Shown in pieces: positions 1-9,697 of a stretch of 22,600 nt of DNA. Within the stretch, counting starts at the first letter, position 1. Each line of letters opens with the position of its first letter. This DNA comes from Methanobacterium sp. (GTDB lineage Archaea; Methanobacteriota; Methanobacteria; Methanobacteriales; Methanobacteriaceae), in contig PMWA01000083.1 of the NCBI GenBank assembly GCA_003166335.1, positions 1 through 22,600 of the forward strand. The letters run 5' to 3'. Made by a program: the position numbers and the translations under genes. The notes under the pieces are model-generated. The model was not told the DNA's origin. It was given only the letters and a program-made list of their open reading frames with translations, and made no database searches.

Positions 1-558
1 TTTGCTGTGGATGGTGCTAAACGGATGCAAGATTTAATAAATGATCTTTTAGCTTACTCTCGTGTGACAACGAAGGTTGATGAATTTGAAGAAATAGATC
101 TGGAAAAGGTTTTGGATGAGGTTTTATTTAACTTGGAGTTAGTTATAGAGGATAATCAGGCGGTTATCTTTAGAGAATCTTTGCCTCATATTCGTGCAGA
201 TTTTGGGCAGTTGGTGAGAGTATTCCAAAATATAATAGGTAACGCCCTGAAATATCGCAGCGAAAAATCACCTCAAATTCATATCTCCGTTCAAATGGAA
301 GATGAAAACTGGCTATTTAAGGTGGAAGATAATGGTATCGGAATTGAACCAAATTACTTTGAAGAAATCTTCAAGATATTTAGAAGGTTGCATAATCGAG
401 ATGAATATAACGGAACAGGCATAGGTTTAGCCATTACTAAAAGGATAATAGAACGACACGATGGAAATATTTGGGTTGAATCAGAACCGGGAGAAGGTTC
501 AAACTTTTACTTCACGATTCCCTTGAATAAAAATTCTTTTTTTAAAAATAATTTTTGA
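1..558 (+). CDS. Sensor histidine kinase, C-terminal part (end of HisKA plus HATPase_c); 5'-truncated by the window edge
   Basis: The frame is open from base 1 (TTT GCT GTG GAT...), so the GTG at 7 is internal. Kinase motifs: RMQDLINDLLAYSR (end of HisKA), N-box FQNIIGNALKY, G1 VEDNGIGI, F-box IFKIFRRLH, G2 GTGIGLAI, and WVESEPGEGSNFYFTIP. Confidence 0.95.
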   Translation, partial: FAVDGAKRMQDLINDLLAYSRVTTKVDEFEEIDLEKVLDEVLFNLELVIEDNQAVIFRESLPHIRADFGQLVRVFQNIIGNALKYRSEKSPQIHISVQMEDENWLFKVEDNGIGIEPNYFEEIFKIFRRLHNRDEYNGTGIGLAITKRIIERHDGNIWVESEPGEGSNFYFTIPLNKNSFFKNNF

Positions 559-631
559 GTTCTAAAAATTTTAATTTTCTTAAGAAAATTCCTGTGTTAT
601 AATTTCTTAATAAAATGTAAATAAATATTAA

Positions 632-769
632 TCAAGTAAAAGAAGAAAAATTGTTACAGAAAAACCTCCAATTCGCGAAGGTAAATGGATATATATTAGA
701 GTAACTCCAAATACGAGTCTAAAGGATATTCAAAAACTAATTTTAGTTAGATCACCATTGAAAAAGTAA
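632..769 (+). pseudogene. Startless gene remnant resembling a DUF3788-family C-terminus
   Basis: A 45-codon open frame lies between TAA 629-631 and TAA 767-769 with no start codon near its 5' end: SSKRRKIVTEKPPIREGKWIYIRVTPNTSLKDIQKLILVRSPLKK*. The pattern EG-K-W-hydrophobic-x-hydrophobic-x-V...D-I-x-K-L-I matches my recollection of DUF3788 C-termini; unverified. Confidence 0.45.
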
Positions 770-934
770 TAATCGTAGGATTAGTAAATCTACAGTAAAA
801 TTCCAAGTCTCGTAAAATTTTATTAATATTTTTTTATTATGAGCATCTGATATTTATTTTAATTAAATACTTAGAATCAAATATTATTAATTATAATATT
901 ATAATAAGTAGAATTTTATAACCGGAGGTCAGGT

Positions 935-1261
935 ATGCTAATTTTAACTACGCCAACAATTGAAGGGAAGAAGATAATTGAATATTATGGTTTAGTAACT
1001 GGAGACTCTTTATTGGGGGCGAGTATGTATAAGGATATGTTCTCAGGAGTGAGGGATGTTGTTGGAGGAAGAACCTCTAAATATGAAGAGGAGCTTACAA
1101 GTGCTAGAAACATGGCTTTAAAGAGTATGGAAGAAAAAGCTGAGAAAAAAGGCGCTAATGCTATCATAGGGACTCGTGTGGCTTATCATAACTTGGGCGG
1201 TACCATGGGTAACACTATAATGGTTACTATATTTGGAACTGCAGTTTCGTACCAGGAATAA
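935..1261 (+). CDS. YbjQ/UPF0145 family (putative heavy-metal-binding) protein
   Basis: Motifs [25 protein letters not shown]...YEEEL..AR..A, GANAIIG and GTAV. SD GGAGGT lies 5 nt upstream of the ATG. Confidence 0.93.
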   Translation: MLILTTPTIEGKKIIEYYGLVTGDSLLGASMYKDMFSGVRDVVGGRTSKYEEELTSARNMALKSMEEKAEKKGANAIIGTRVAYHNLGGTMGNTIMVTIFGTAVSYQE

Positions 1262-1310
1262 ATATTGATTAAAAAATAACAATTTAAAATTTCTATGAAG
1301 GTGATATCTG

Positions 1311-2153
1311 TTGAATGCTTCTAGAAAAAATTTTCTTATAGATAAACGTTGGGCTATTACAGCTGTAATCTTAGGATTTTTAGTGGGTTTCACTTCTGCT
1401 GTTATTTGTGTAGTATTCCATTTAATTATTTTTGGATTCAATATCATGTATATATTGTCTCCTTTAAGTGCGGGAGTGGTTGAAACAGTTATAGCCCGTA
1501 GAAAGTATGGTAAAAGCACCGGGGCTATTAGTGCTCTTTTAACATTTATTGTAATCAATATTTATGGCTGGTTTTTCCCGGGATGGTTTTATCCTAAGGG
1601 ACCTGTTACATTAAGTTTTATCACGTTAATTGCCATAGGACTGACGATTGATGCTGCATTCCCCATATTTACTAGGTATGTTCTTAAAGTAGTTGTGGTG
1701 GGTTCATTCATTAGGTTTATAAGTTTCTTGTTGAATCTTCCTTCTATAATTCTGGGTAATCCTCCGGTAGTTGAAGGTGGACAGATAATTATTGGACAGC
1801 CATCTGATGAAATTTACCTTGATGGTTTAACTATGCCATTAGTATCTGTTCCTCATGTGGATGGGGGAGAAATTAAGAAATATGTGGGTTTAGTCATCGG
1901 TGAAGCTATTGTAGAAGAAAAAAAGTCTGGGGGACGGTTTTCGAATCTTTTAAAGACTATTCAACCTAAAAAATTGGATGATATGAATTTAGGCGAGGCT
2001 CGAAGGTTAGCCATTTCTCGAATGTTAGATAATGCTAAATCAATGGGAGCGAATACGGTGTTAGAAGTTTTAATTAACTATGTTAGTGTGGGTGGTTTGC
2101 AAGGCAATGCATTTATTGTATCTGCATCGGGAACTGCGGTTATATATGAATAA
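1311..2153 (+). CDS. Membrane protein with about 4-5 N-terminal TM segments and a C-terminal YbjQ-like domain
   Basis: Hydrophobic N-terminal half. The C-terminus IKKYVGLVIGE...ARRLAISRMLDNAKSMGANTV...ASGTAV parallels the upstream YbjQ protein. TTG start with SD AGGTGA. Confidence 0.85.
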   Translation: MNASRKNFLIDKRWAITAVILGFLVGFTSAVICVVFHLIIFGFNIMYILSPLSAGVVETVIARRKYGKSTGAISALLTFIVINIYGWFFPGWFYPKGPVTLSFITLIAIGLTIDAAFPIFTRYVLKVVVVGSFIRFISFLLNLPSIILGNPPVVEGGQIIIGQPSDEIYLDGLTMPLVSVPHVDGGEIKKYVGLVIGEAIVEEKKSGGRFSNLLKTIQPKKLDDMNLGEARRLAISRMLDNAKSMGANTVLEVLINYVSVGGLQGNAFIVSASGTAVIYE

Positions 2154-2240
2154 AAACAGAGTAAAAATTAAAATTACTATTTTTTTTTAATAAAATTATC
2201 TTATTTTAATAATGTAAAATTGTATTCTATCCAAGTTTTT

Positions 2241-2627
2241 TTATATTAGGGGGTCTAGATGATGACTTATTTTATATAAATCATTTATTAATGAGATTTT
2301 ATGGTTTATTATTTTTACATTTTTTTTAGAGAATACAATACTATCTAAAATGAAAATAACATTTGATGAGACGTATCCTGCCCTTAAAATCAGAGAAGTT
2401 AAAAAAGGCATTAAGGGTGATAAATAAATTACACTCAGATTCCCTACAGGTATTCCGGAGAAAATAAGAGCATTATTTAAATAAACATAAACATCGTAAT
2501 AGGTAACTCCCAAGTACATTTGTTTGCTTAATAAGTAAATCGTTGTAATTATGGTAATTATTGTTAATATGAAGAGGGGATGTCTATAAATACCCTTAAA
2601 ACAGAAGTTACTTCCATCTGAATCCAT
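2241..2627 (-). pseudogene. Truncated N-terminal fragment of a GT-C fold (PMT/family-39-like) membrane glycosyltransferase
   Basis: TM1 is followed by YYDVYVYLNNAL and SPLMPFLTSL, the typical first-loop Asp and P-L motifs of GT-C enzymes. After about residue 100 the frame runs into AT-rich, non-protein-like sequence. Intact members are several hundred aa. SD GGAGAAG is retained. Confidence 0.65.
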
Positions 2628-2904
2628 TTATTACTTCTCCATCATCAAAATTTAATACAAATTATCTAATTCTTTTTATTTTTTATGTGGATACTTGGAT
2701 TAGTAGGTTATGAATGAGCAAAACTTAGAATTTGAACTAAAAATGCAGTAAAAATTATTCTTAAATATTGAACAAAATAAAATTTGAGAAATAATTTTCG
2801 GATTTTTTTTTATACAAAAATAAAATAAAATAGAAATCGTAAAAATAATAAATATTATGATAAAAATATAGTATATAAAATGTTAAAGGGGGGTTTGAAT
2901 TTAA

Positions 2905-3399
2905 ATGTATATGGGAAATTTTAATTTAAGGGAAATTCCTAAATTAATTATTTCAATAATTATAGTATTTCTTGCAGGTGCTGTGGGAACAGTATCCACA
3001 CTTCCTCAGATAACTACCTGGTACGCGGCATTGCCAAAGCCAGCCTGGACACCGCCAAACTGGGCTTTCGGACCGATATGGAGTACTCTTTACGTTTTAA
3101 TGGGAATAGCTTTATTCCTAGTGTGGAGACAGGGTTTAAATAAAAAAATTGTTAGATATGCAATCTTAATATTCGCTGCGCAACTTGTAATAAATGTGGT
3201 TTGGTCATTAGTTTTCTTCGGTACGCATAACATATTCGGCGGATTAATAATGGTAATAATACTATGGCTAGCCATTCTGGTTAACATAATCGTATTCTAC
3301 ATGGTTTCTAAACCAGCAGGACTGATACTAATACCATATTTAGTGTGGGTTACCATAGCCGGTTATCTTAACTATAGCGTGTATCTTTTAAATCATTAA
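2905..3399 (+). CDS. tspO: TspO/MBR family tryptophan-rich sensory protein
   Basis: WYAALPKPAWTPPNWAFGPIWSTLY, QLVINVVWSLVFFG and LIPYLVWV..A.YLN; five TM helices. Confidence 0.95.
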   Translation: MYMGNFNLREIPKLIISIIIVFLAGAVGTVSTLPQITTWYAALPKPAWTPPNWAFGPIWSTLYVLMGIALFLVWRQGLNKKIVRYAILIFAAQLVINVVWSLVFFGTHNIFGGLIMVIILWLAILVNIIVFYMVSKPAGLILIPYLVWVTIAGYLNYSVYLLNH

Positions 3400-3445
3400 G
3401 AAAGAAATTTAATATTTTTTTTTATTCACTATTTAAGACTTAAAA

Positions 3446-3459
3446 TAAAAAATTTTTTA
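3446..3459. terminator. Palindromic T-A6-T6-A tract, candidate bidirectional oligo-T terminator between convergent genes
   Basis: TAAAAAATTTTTTA lies between the stops of tspO (3399) and the convergent gene (3491) and gives a T6 run on both strands. Confidence 0.45.
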
Positions 3460-3490
3460 AGCTGGATTTTAAAGGATTATTTCTTTTTTT

Positions 3491-3964
3491 TTAGATGTTC
3501 TTTATACCTATAATATTCGCCACGCGTACTAATTTCCATACGAAAGATTTTTCTTCTGTTAGAATGGATTGAAAGGTTTCCTGGGGTGAATGGCCGAGGG
3601 CAGCTAAGATTTTAGTAGAAAGATTTTTTTCCTGTATCATATTGACAAATAATTCCCGTATCTTATGGTTTTCATCAAGATCTTTGACTTCCTGTAAACT
3701 CCCCTGCAGAGTTACAAACTTATATTCCGTTAAATCATCATTATATTTTTCAATTTCCACTGCCACATCAGGATTTTCCTGGAACAATTCTATCTTCTTA
3801 CCATATTTGGTTGATAAGAAATATAGGAACTCCTCGTCAAAAACATATAGGAAAGGTGCAATATAAGGATATTCTCCTAGAAAAGCAATTCTACAAATGT
3901 ATTCTTCTTGAATTAAATTGTCGTATTCTTCTTTATTCATTAATGGTATTTTTAATAGATTCAA
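3491..3964 (-). CDS. Pyridoxamine 5'-phosphate oxidase-like (NimA/FMN split-barrel) protein
   Basis: ICRIAF.GEYPYIAPFLY...LYF.S..G.K.E....NP.VAVEI...FVTLQG. TTG start with SD GGTGA 6 nt upstream. Confidence 0.88.
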   Translation of the reverse strand: MNLLKIPLMNKEEYDNLIQEEYICRIAFLGEYPYIAPFLYVFDEEFLYFLSTKYGKKIELFQENPDVAVEIEKYNDDLTEYKFVTLQGSLQEVKDLDENHKIRELFVNMIQEKNLSTKILAALGHSPQETFQSILTEEKSFVWKLVRVANIIGIKNI

Positions 3965-4511
3965 ATATTATCACCAGTTACTTATTATGTATGTTCTAAT
4001 AATTGAAACTATTTTTTTTTATATCAAAATTTTTTAAAAAAAACTCACTTTTAACAGGTTTACATGTATATGATGAGATGTATTTTTAATGAGTTTCATC
4101 AAACTTTATTTATAAATGTATTAAAACCTTTTTATTCCTCCAAATATTTGAGGGGTAAGTAAAGTTATAGTAAAAAAATTTTAAAAATGAAAGATTTTAA
4201 ATGAATGTAGACAATGAACTTGATATATATTCTAAATAAAAATTTGACTGAAAAATAAGTATAGAAGTTTTCAAATATTTATTTAAAAAAAATATGATAT
4301 CGATTAAATTAAATAGTTTTATTAGATTCTAAAAAAATTTGATTTAAAAAAATATGGGTTTAATTATTTTTTTTTTGGGTTAAAAATTATGAGATTATAT
4401 AAATTTTTTTATTCAACTATCGTCGTAAATTATTGTTTTATAATGGATCGGATAATAATTCCATTATTCTCATTTTCTCGGGTTAAAGCGTCGATTACAA
4501 CAATATTATCT

Positions 4512-5678
4512 ATGGAATTATTTAAGAATACTAAATATGTTTTATTATTACTATTCCTGTTCGGAGTGCTGCTGCGTGTAATAGTATACTTCCTAATCCC
4601 ATCACTTTATGGTTTACAAAGCGATTCTATAGGTTATTATCTTAGCGCTGTAAATGGAGTGGAACATGGTGTTTTCTCAACTTATTGGCCGCCGGGATTT
4701 CCTCTTCTCATCTCATTATTCTATATACTATTTAAATCTAACACCATCTTAATTTTAACATCATTTTTAATCGTTATAGGTTCTTTATGTGGATTATTAT
4801 CCTATTATATTTCATTAAAGTTATTCAAAAACAGATTAGCAGCTTTACTGGCCTTCCTATTTATCTGTATACAACCATCATTCCTATTACATTCACCACA
4901 ATTATTATCTGATATATTCGCGGTAATGATAATGGGTATTAGTATATATTACATATTGGAGGATTACGAGAATCATAATAGGAATATATCTTTATTATTA
5001 GGGGTAATTATTGGATTTCTGGTTTTAATTCGGCCTGATTATATTTTCATGATTATAATTTACTTCCTCTTGGTTACCATCTCCCATCACCTCCTGAAAA
5101 TTAAAGTAGAAAAATTAGCATTATTTATTATAGCTTTAATGTTAACTTTAACTCCCTGGCTTATTTATACAGATGTAATGACTGGGGCGCCGGTGATTTC
5201 TACTAATGGTGGTGTTAATTTTTATATTGGTAATAATCCAAATGCTGACGGCAGATATGCGGAACCTTACGGTTTAACAAGTAATAATGAAGGGTACAGT
5301 ATGGGTTTAACGTATATTTCAAACAATATAGTCTCCACAATATCATTATACTTTAAAAAATTAGTATTATTAATATTCACTCCGTATATTCTACCCTGGG
5401 AATTACCGGAACATCATTTCACTATTTCAGAGATTATCTACAGCTTTGGGATGAATATAGGATTCCTAATCACTGAACTTATTGGATTTAGAGGATTAAT
5501 CTTAATAAAAAAGAGGCAATTACAAATATTCTTTATAAGCTTAATTATATTAATTAACTTGACATTAATCCCATTTTTTGTGGATGGCAGATTAACATTA
5601 CCATTACTATTAATTTACACTATTTTCGGGAGTTATTACATTTCTAGAGTAATAGAATTAACCCTGAAAATCCAGTAA
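4512..5678 (+). CDS. ArnT/PMT-like (GT-C, family 39/83-like) integral membrane glycosyltransferase; start uncertain (ORF extends to 4389)
   Basis: About 10-11 TM segments; SD..GY first-loop motif, YWPPGFPLL, LLSD, LIRP, PW....STNGGVNFYIGNNP. ATG 4512 is preferred because TM1 follows shortly after it; no clear SD at any candidate start. Confidence 0.8.
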   Translation: MELFKNTKYVLLLLFLFGVLLRVIVYFLIPSLYGLQSDSIGYYLSAVNGVEHGVFSTYWPPGFPLLISLFYILFKSNTILILTSFLIVIGSLCGLLSYYISLKLFKNRLAALLAFLFICIQPSFLLHSPQLLSDIFAVMIMGISIYYILEDYENHNRNISLLLGVIIGFLVLIRPDYIFMIIIYFLLVTISHHLLKIKVEKLALFIIALMLTLTPWLIYTDVMTGAPVISTNGGVNFYIGNNPNADGRYAEPYGLTSNNEGYSMGLTYISNNIVSTISLYFKKLVLLIFTPYILPWELPEHHFTISEIIYSFGMNIGFLITELIGFRGLILIKKRQLQIFFISLIILINLTLIPFFVDGRLTLPLLLIYTIFGSYYISRVIELTLKIQ

Positions 5679-5852
5679 AAATAAAAAATTATAATTAATT
5701 AAAGGTTAAAATTTTTAGGTAAAACTTTTTATACATCCTCACATTATCATATATAGTATAAATCATTAAAAAGTTTGAAATATTACTTAAAAATTTTTAT
5801 AAAAAATTTTATTTAATTTCTAAAAAAAAAATATTATAAGGATAAAATAGTT

Positions 5853-6023
5853 ATGGATACCAAAAAAATATTAAACTACTTAAAATTAGGATCATTAACA
5901 CGGGGAATAACACGACGTGACATCATAACTGTAATTGTACTATTCATCATACTACGATTCATTATGTACATAATAAATCCATCAACAAGTTTACACCCTA
6001 TGAACTTCCTAAATCATCTCTAA
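5853..6023 (+). CDS. Small 56-aa single-TM membrane protein (below the ORF-track cutoff)
   Basis: Hand translation: MDTKKILNYLKLGSLTRGITRRDIITVIVLFIILRFIMYIINPSTSLHPMNFLNHL*. Basic N-region plus one hydrophobic helix. The ORF spans the only non-homopolymeric stretch of a 400-bp gap and has a weak AAGGA upstream. Confidence 0.6.
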   Translation: MDTKKILNYLKLGSLTRGITRRDIITVIVLFIILRFIMYIINPSTSLHPMNFLNHL

Positions 6024-6083
6024 AAAGAAAGAACTTTGATAGAATTATTATTTTTAACTAACATCCTCACAAATAATTTTTTT

Positions 6084-6692
6084 TTAGAGTCCGAGCATTG
6101 CACCGTACTTTGAATAAACTTCATTGATAAGCTCATCAGAGTTAGGATTATTCCAATCATGCATCCATTCTGAAACTAATGATTCAAGAGTAATTGGAAT
6201 AACACCCGCTTGTAGCATTCTCTCGATACCATACTTATGGGCATCCACAGTAGAATCACCGGCAGCATCAATTAATCCATAAACTTCATATCCCTCTTTT
6301 AAACCATGAAGAGCAGTGTAAGTAAAGCACATGCTGGTCCATAATCCTGAAATAACTATTTTATTCCTTTCAGTGCGCATGGCAGCTTTCCATGTTTCCT
6401 CATCTTCAAAGGCATCGAAACTTGGTATTTTCCGTGCAAATACTTCCTGATCTGGGAATAAATCAGTAATTTCAGAAATAAAATCTCCATTTAATTGAGG
6501 ATTAATAGTGGATAACACTACAGGAATATCTAAAATACTTGCAGCTTTCGCAGCGCAGAATGCAGCAATAGTAATTAGAGTCTTATCACCAGAAGAAATA
6601 CTCTTAATCATCGCTGGCTGATAATCCACTAAAACCAAAACACTATTCTCATCAGTTAATAACTCGAATTTACCATCATCTAAATTAACCAT
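6084..6692 (-). CDS. Isochorismatase-family cysteine hydrolase (YcaC-like)
   Basis: LVLVDYQP (catalytic Asp), IPVVLST, SFDAF, ISGLWTSMC (catalytic Cys), DAAGD, H..GIERM.QAG, EWMHDW. SD GGGGGAG. Confidence 0.92.
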   Translation of the reverse strand: MVNLDDGKFELLTDENSVLVLVDYQPAMIKSISSGDKTLITIAAFCAAKAASILDIPVVLSTINPQLNGDFISEITDLFPDQEVFARKIPSFDAFEDEETWKAAMRTERNKIVISGLWTSMCFTYTALHGLKEGYEVYGLIDAAGDSTVDAHKYGIERMLQAGVIPITLESLVSEWMHDWNNPNSDELINEVYSKYGAMLGL

Positions 6693-7131
6693 TCATAACT
6701 CCCCCCATATCATAAAAAATCACTTAATGAACTTAAAAATGATTTTCGTAAAATATATGATTCCTTATTAGAAAAAATAATTTAGTTTATTTGAATTAAA
6801 TAAATTTGAAGGAATTTACTAAAAACATTTTAAATAAATTTTTTTGTTAGTATGTATGTTATCACTGATAAAATTTATGAAATTAATTTTACCTACATCA
6901 AAAAATTTTTTTAAAAAAAAAGACTGAGTTTTACTAACAAAAAAATTTTACCTATTTTTAAATAATACTCTTTAAAAGGCTGTTATATAATTAGGTTAAA
7001 ATAAAAGAATAGAATATAAGAAAATATTTTTAAAAAAAAGTTTTAAAAATCAAGCATTTTTTTTTTAGTTCTTTAAAATTTCCGTATTTAAGATTTATAT
7101 TTAAAGAAAAAAAATAGGAGGGAATAATGAA

Positions 7132-7335
7132 TTATTTTTTAATGCTTAATTCAATATCCGATGCTTTAATAGTTTTTCTTCCGGCATGTTTAGCGTATTT
7201 AACAGCTTCTTCAGCGATTTCTTCACCTTTAGCTTCCAAAATTTTTGCTAAAGCTTCTCTTGCATCGTCACTGACCCTCTGGGCACCGGCATTTTTTAAT
7301 ATTCTTCCTATTGGAGCAATTGGTAATTCAGTCAT
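7132..7335 (-). CDS. Archaeal histone (HMf/HFo family)
   Basis: 67-aa histone fold [23 protein letters not shown]...[24 protein letters not shown]. Confidence 0.98.
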   Translation of the reverse strand: MTELPIAPIGRILKNAGAQRVSDDAREALAKILEAKGEEIAEEAVKYAKHAGRKTIKASDIELSIKK

Positions 7336-7368
7336 ATAATCACCTCAATTACAATTAATACACTATCA

Positions 7369-7383
7369 TATTTAAATTTATCG
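7369..7383 (-). promoter_or_regulatory. BRE plus TATA box of the histone gene
   Basis: The minus strand reads CGATAAA-TTTAAATA, ending 33 nt upstream of the ATG; this is a canonical methanogen promoter layout. Confidence 0.75.
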
Positions 7384-7787
7384 ATTTTACAGGTATTTTT
7401 TAATCTATTATCCTCATTACATAGCAAAAATATTTCAAAAATTAGAGACTGTCAAATTAGTAGCTGTTGAAGATATATGATGTGTTATCTAATCTAGTAT
7501 TCCGATTTCCAGTTAAAAAAAAATATTTGGAGTTAAAAGTAGTAGTGAGGTTTAATTGCTATAAAAATTTTTTAGTTTTATTAAACCATCAAAAAAATGT
7601 ATAAGTTTTTTTAAAATCTGTATGAAAAATTCCAGCATGTAAGGATTGATCTGTAAATTAGATTTTTTTTTATGGGAAAATGTTTTTATACACACTTATC
7701 ATATATTAAAGAGGTTAAAAGAAAATATAATTCTTTTTATAGTGAAGTATCCTTAAATATTTTTTTATAATTTGGGAGTAATAATTT

Positions 7788-8810
7788 ATGACATGTAATG
7801 TACTTGTTGGAGGAGGATGGGGTGATGAAGGTAAAGGAAAATGTATCACCTATCTCTGTTACAACGATAAACCTAACATTATAGCAAGAGCAGGTGTAGG
7901 ACCCAATGCAGGGCACTCTGTAGAATTCCATGGAGAAAAATATGGTTTAAGATTAATACCATCAGGCTTCTTCCACAAGGATGCTCGATTATTAATCGGT
8001 GCAGGCGTACTCGTGGATACCACGGTATTTCTCCATGAATTAGATTACTTAAATAAATATCAAGTTAGAAGTAGAACCTATGCTGATTATCGATGCGCTA
8101 TTATTGAAGCTAAACACCGTGAACAAGATAAAGCCTCTGATTACCTCTCCAAAAAAATTGGAAGCACCGGCACCGGCTGCGGACCCGCAAATGCTGACCG
8201 AGTAATGCGTGTCGCGAAACTTGCTGGGGAAGTAGATGAAATGAAAGGCTACACCACCGACGTGCCATTAGAAGTTAACACAGCATTAGATAAAGATAAA
8301 GACGTATTTATTGAAGGTAGTCAAGGATTCGGACTCTCACTATACTATGGAACCTACCCGTATGTAACCAGTAAAGACACCACCGCCAGCACCGCCGCGG
8401 CGGATGTAGGTGTAGGACCCACCAGGATAGATGAAGTAATCGTGGTATTCAAATCATATATAACCCGTGTAGGTGAAGGGCCATTTAAAACAGAGATAAC
8501 CCAAAATGAAGCGGAGAACTTAGATATTGAAGAATACGGTACAGTAACCGGTAGAAGACGACGTGTAGGTCTCTTTGATATGGATTTAGCTCGTGAATCT
8601 TGCATGATAAACGGCGCCACTCAAATAGCTTTAACCTGTGTAGATCGCTTATACCCTAAATGTGAACATGTTAAAGATTACAATCGCCTATCACAGGAAA
8701 TAAAAAAATTTATTAATGAAATAGAAGGTGAAACCGGCGTACCAGTGACTATAATATCCACCGGCCCAGATTTAGAGGATACCATTGATTTACGTAGTGA
8801 ATTACTTTAA
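7788..8810 (+). CDS. purA: Adenylosuccinate synthetase (short archaeal type)
   Basis: [33 protein letters not shown]...[17 protein letters not shown] and [13 protein letters not shown]. Confidence 0.98.
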   Translation: MTCNVLVGGGWGDEGKGKCITYLCYNDKPNIIARAGVGPNAGHSVEFHGEKYGLRLIPSGFFHKDARLLIGAGVLVDTTVFLHELDYLNKYQVRSRTYADYRCAIIEAKHREQDKASDYLSKKIGSTGTGCGPANADRVMRVAKLAGEVDEMKGYTTDVPLEVNTALDKDKDVFIEGSQGFGLSLYYGTYPYVTSKDTTASTAAADVGVGPTRIDEVIVVFKSYITRVGEGPFKTEITQNEAENLDIEEYGTVTGRRRRVGLFDMDLARESCMINGATQIALTCVDRLYPKCEHVKDYNRLSQEIKKFINEIEGETGVPVTIISTGPDLEDTIDLRSELL

Positions 8811-9097
8811 TAAACAAAAATTTTATTAATTTTTTAGTTAATTAAAAAATTTTTTTTATTTACTCTCTCTTTTTTTTACATAAATTTTTTATACTATTTA
8901 CTACCATAATTAATATGTTAAATAAATTAAGCTCTCCAAAAAAAAATATTTACGATATTTCACCCATTTATAAATTCATCATTTTCAACATTATGTCTTA
9001 CAATAAAATTTTTTTCATATTTAAATAGAAATGATTTTATAAAATATTTTTTTTTATAAAATTAGGGATGAAATAAAAAATTTTTTTCAGGAATGGG

Positions 9098-9601
9098 ATT
9101 TTTACGAATGGTATTACAATTAGGAAACCAAAATTAACTGATGGTCATCCAATTTATGAGTTAGCCAGGCTAAGCAAACCATTAGACTTAAACTCTTTAT
9201 ATAGTTATCTTTTAGTGCCTGCACACTTCGACCAGACCAGTGCAGTCGCTGAAACCGGACGCGACGTAGTAGGTTATGTTTCAGCTTATATACCTCCCCA
9301 TCAACAGGATACCCTCTTCATCTGGCAGATTGCAGTACACCCCATCATGAGAGGCAGAGGATTAGCAACCACTATGCTGAAAAATATTCTAAAACGAAGA
9401 AGTTTATCATATATCAAATTTGTAGAAGCCACCATCACACCATCCAATAAGAAAAGCCGTTATCTATTCCAAGGATTAGCTGAACAATTAAAAGCGGATT
9501 ATAAGGAATCCATCTTCCTAGATAGTAAATTATTCGGCGACTCCTATCATGAAGAAGAGAAATTACTACGCATCGGACCAATCAACATTCAACAATTATA
9601 A
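9098..9601 (+). CDS. ectA: L-2,4-diaminobutyrate acetyltransferase; start codon unresolved (ATT 9098 shown as one candidate; frame open from 9077)
   Basis: GNAT motifs GYVSAYIPP...DTLFIWQIAV....RGRGLA, EATITPSN..S..LF and HEEE.L.RIGP. The conserved EctA N-terminus IRKPKLTDGHPIYELARLSKPLDLNSLYSYLL is in frame upstream of the tracked GTG 9215. The gene precedes ectB and ectC. Confidence 0.9.
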   Translation: MFTNGITIRKPKLTDGHPIYELARLSKPLDLNSLYSYLLVPAHFDQTSAVAETGRDVVGYVSAYIPPHQQDTLFIWQIAVHPIMRGRGLATTMLKNILKRRSLSYIKFVEATITPSNKKSRYLFQGLAEQLKADYKESIFLDSKLFGDSYHEEEKLLRIGPINIQQL

Positions 9602-9697
9602 AATTATTTTTTTCTTTAAAATTTCTATAAAAAATTTGTTAAATTTATTATTTTTTTTTTATATTAAAAAAACGTTAGGATTTGGTGTAAAGAACAT

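Noticed and set aside
985..1558. Minus-strand ORFs 985-1167 and 1118-1558
   Set aside because: Antisense shadows of the well-supported YbjQ genes, with no recognisable motifs.
2685..2751. Tiny ORFs MWILGLVGYE* and MNEQNLEFELKMQ* between divergent genes
   Set aside because: Too short and lacking a properly spaced SD; expected by chance.
3090..3999. ORFs 3090-3287 (-), 3642-3866 (+) and 3811-3999 (+)
   Set aside because: They lie antisense to tspO and the pyridoxamine-oxidase-like gene.
4060..4154. TGATGA C-box-like motif and the palindrome CAAATATTTG (4141-4150)
   Set aside because: No matching CTGA D box at guide-RNA distance, and a 10-bp AT-rich palindrome is not significant at this composition.
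4440..4467. 8-bp inverted repeat ATAATGGA...TCCATTAT upstream of the preferred glycosyltransferase start
   Set aside because: A single weak AT-rich stem with no second instance, possibly inside coding sequence.
7127..8620. ORFs 7127-7339 (+), 7737-7931 (-) and 8354-8620 (-)
   Set aside because: Antisense shadows of the histone gene and purA.
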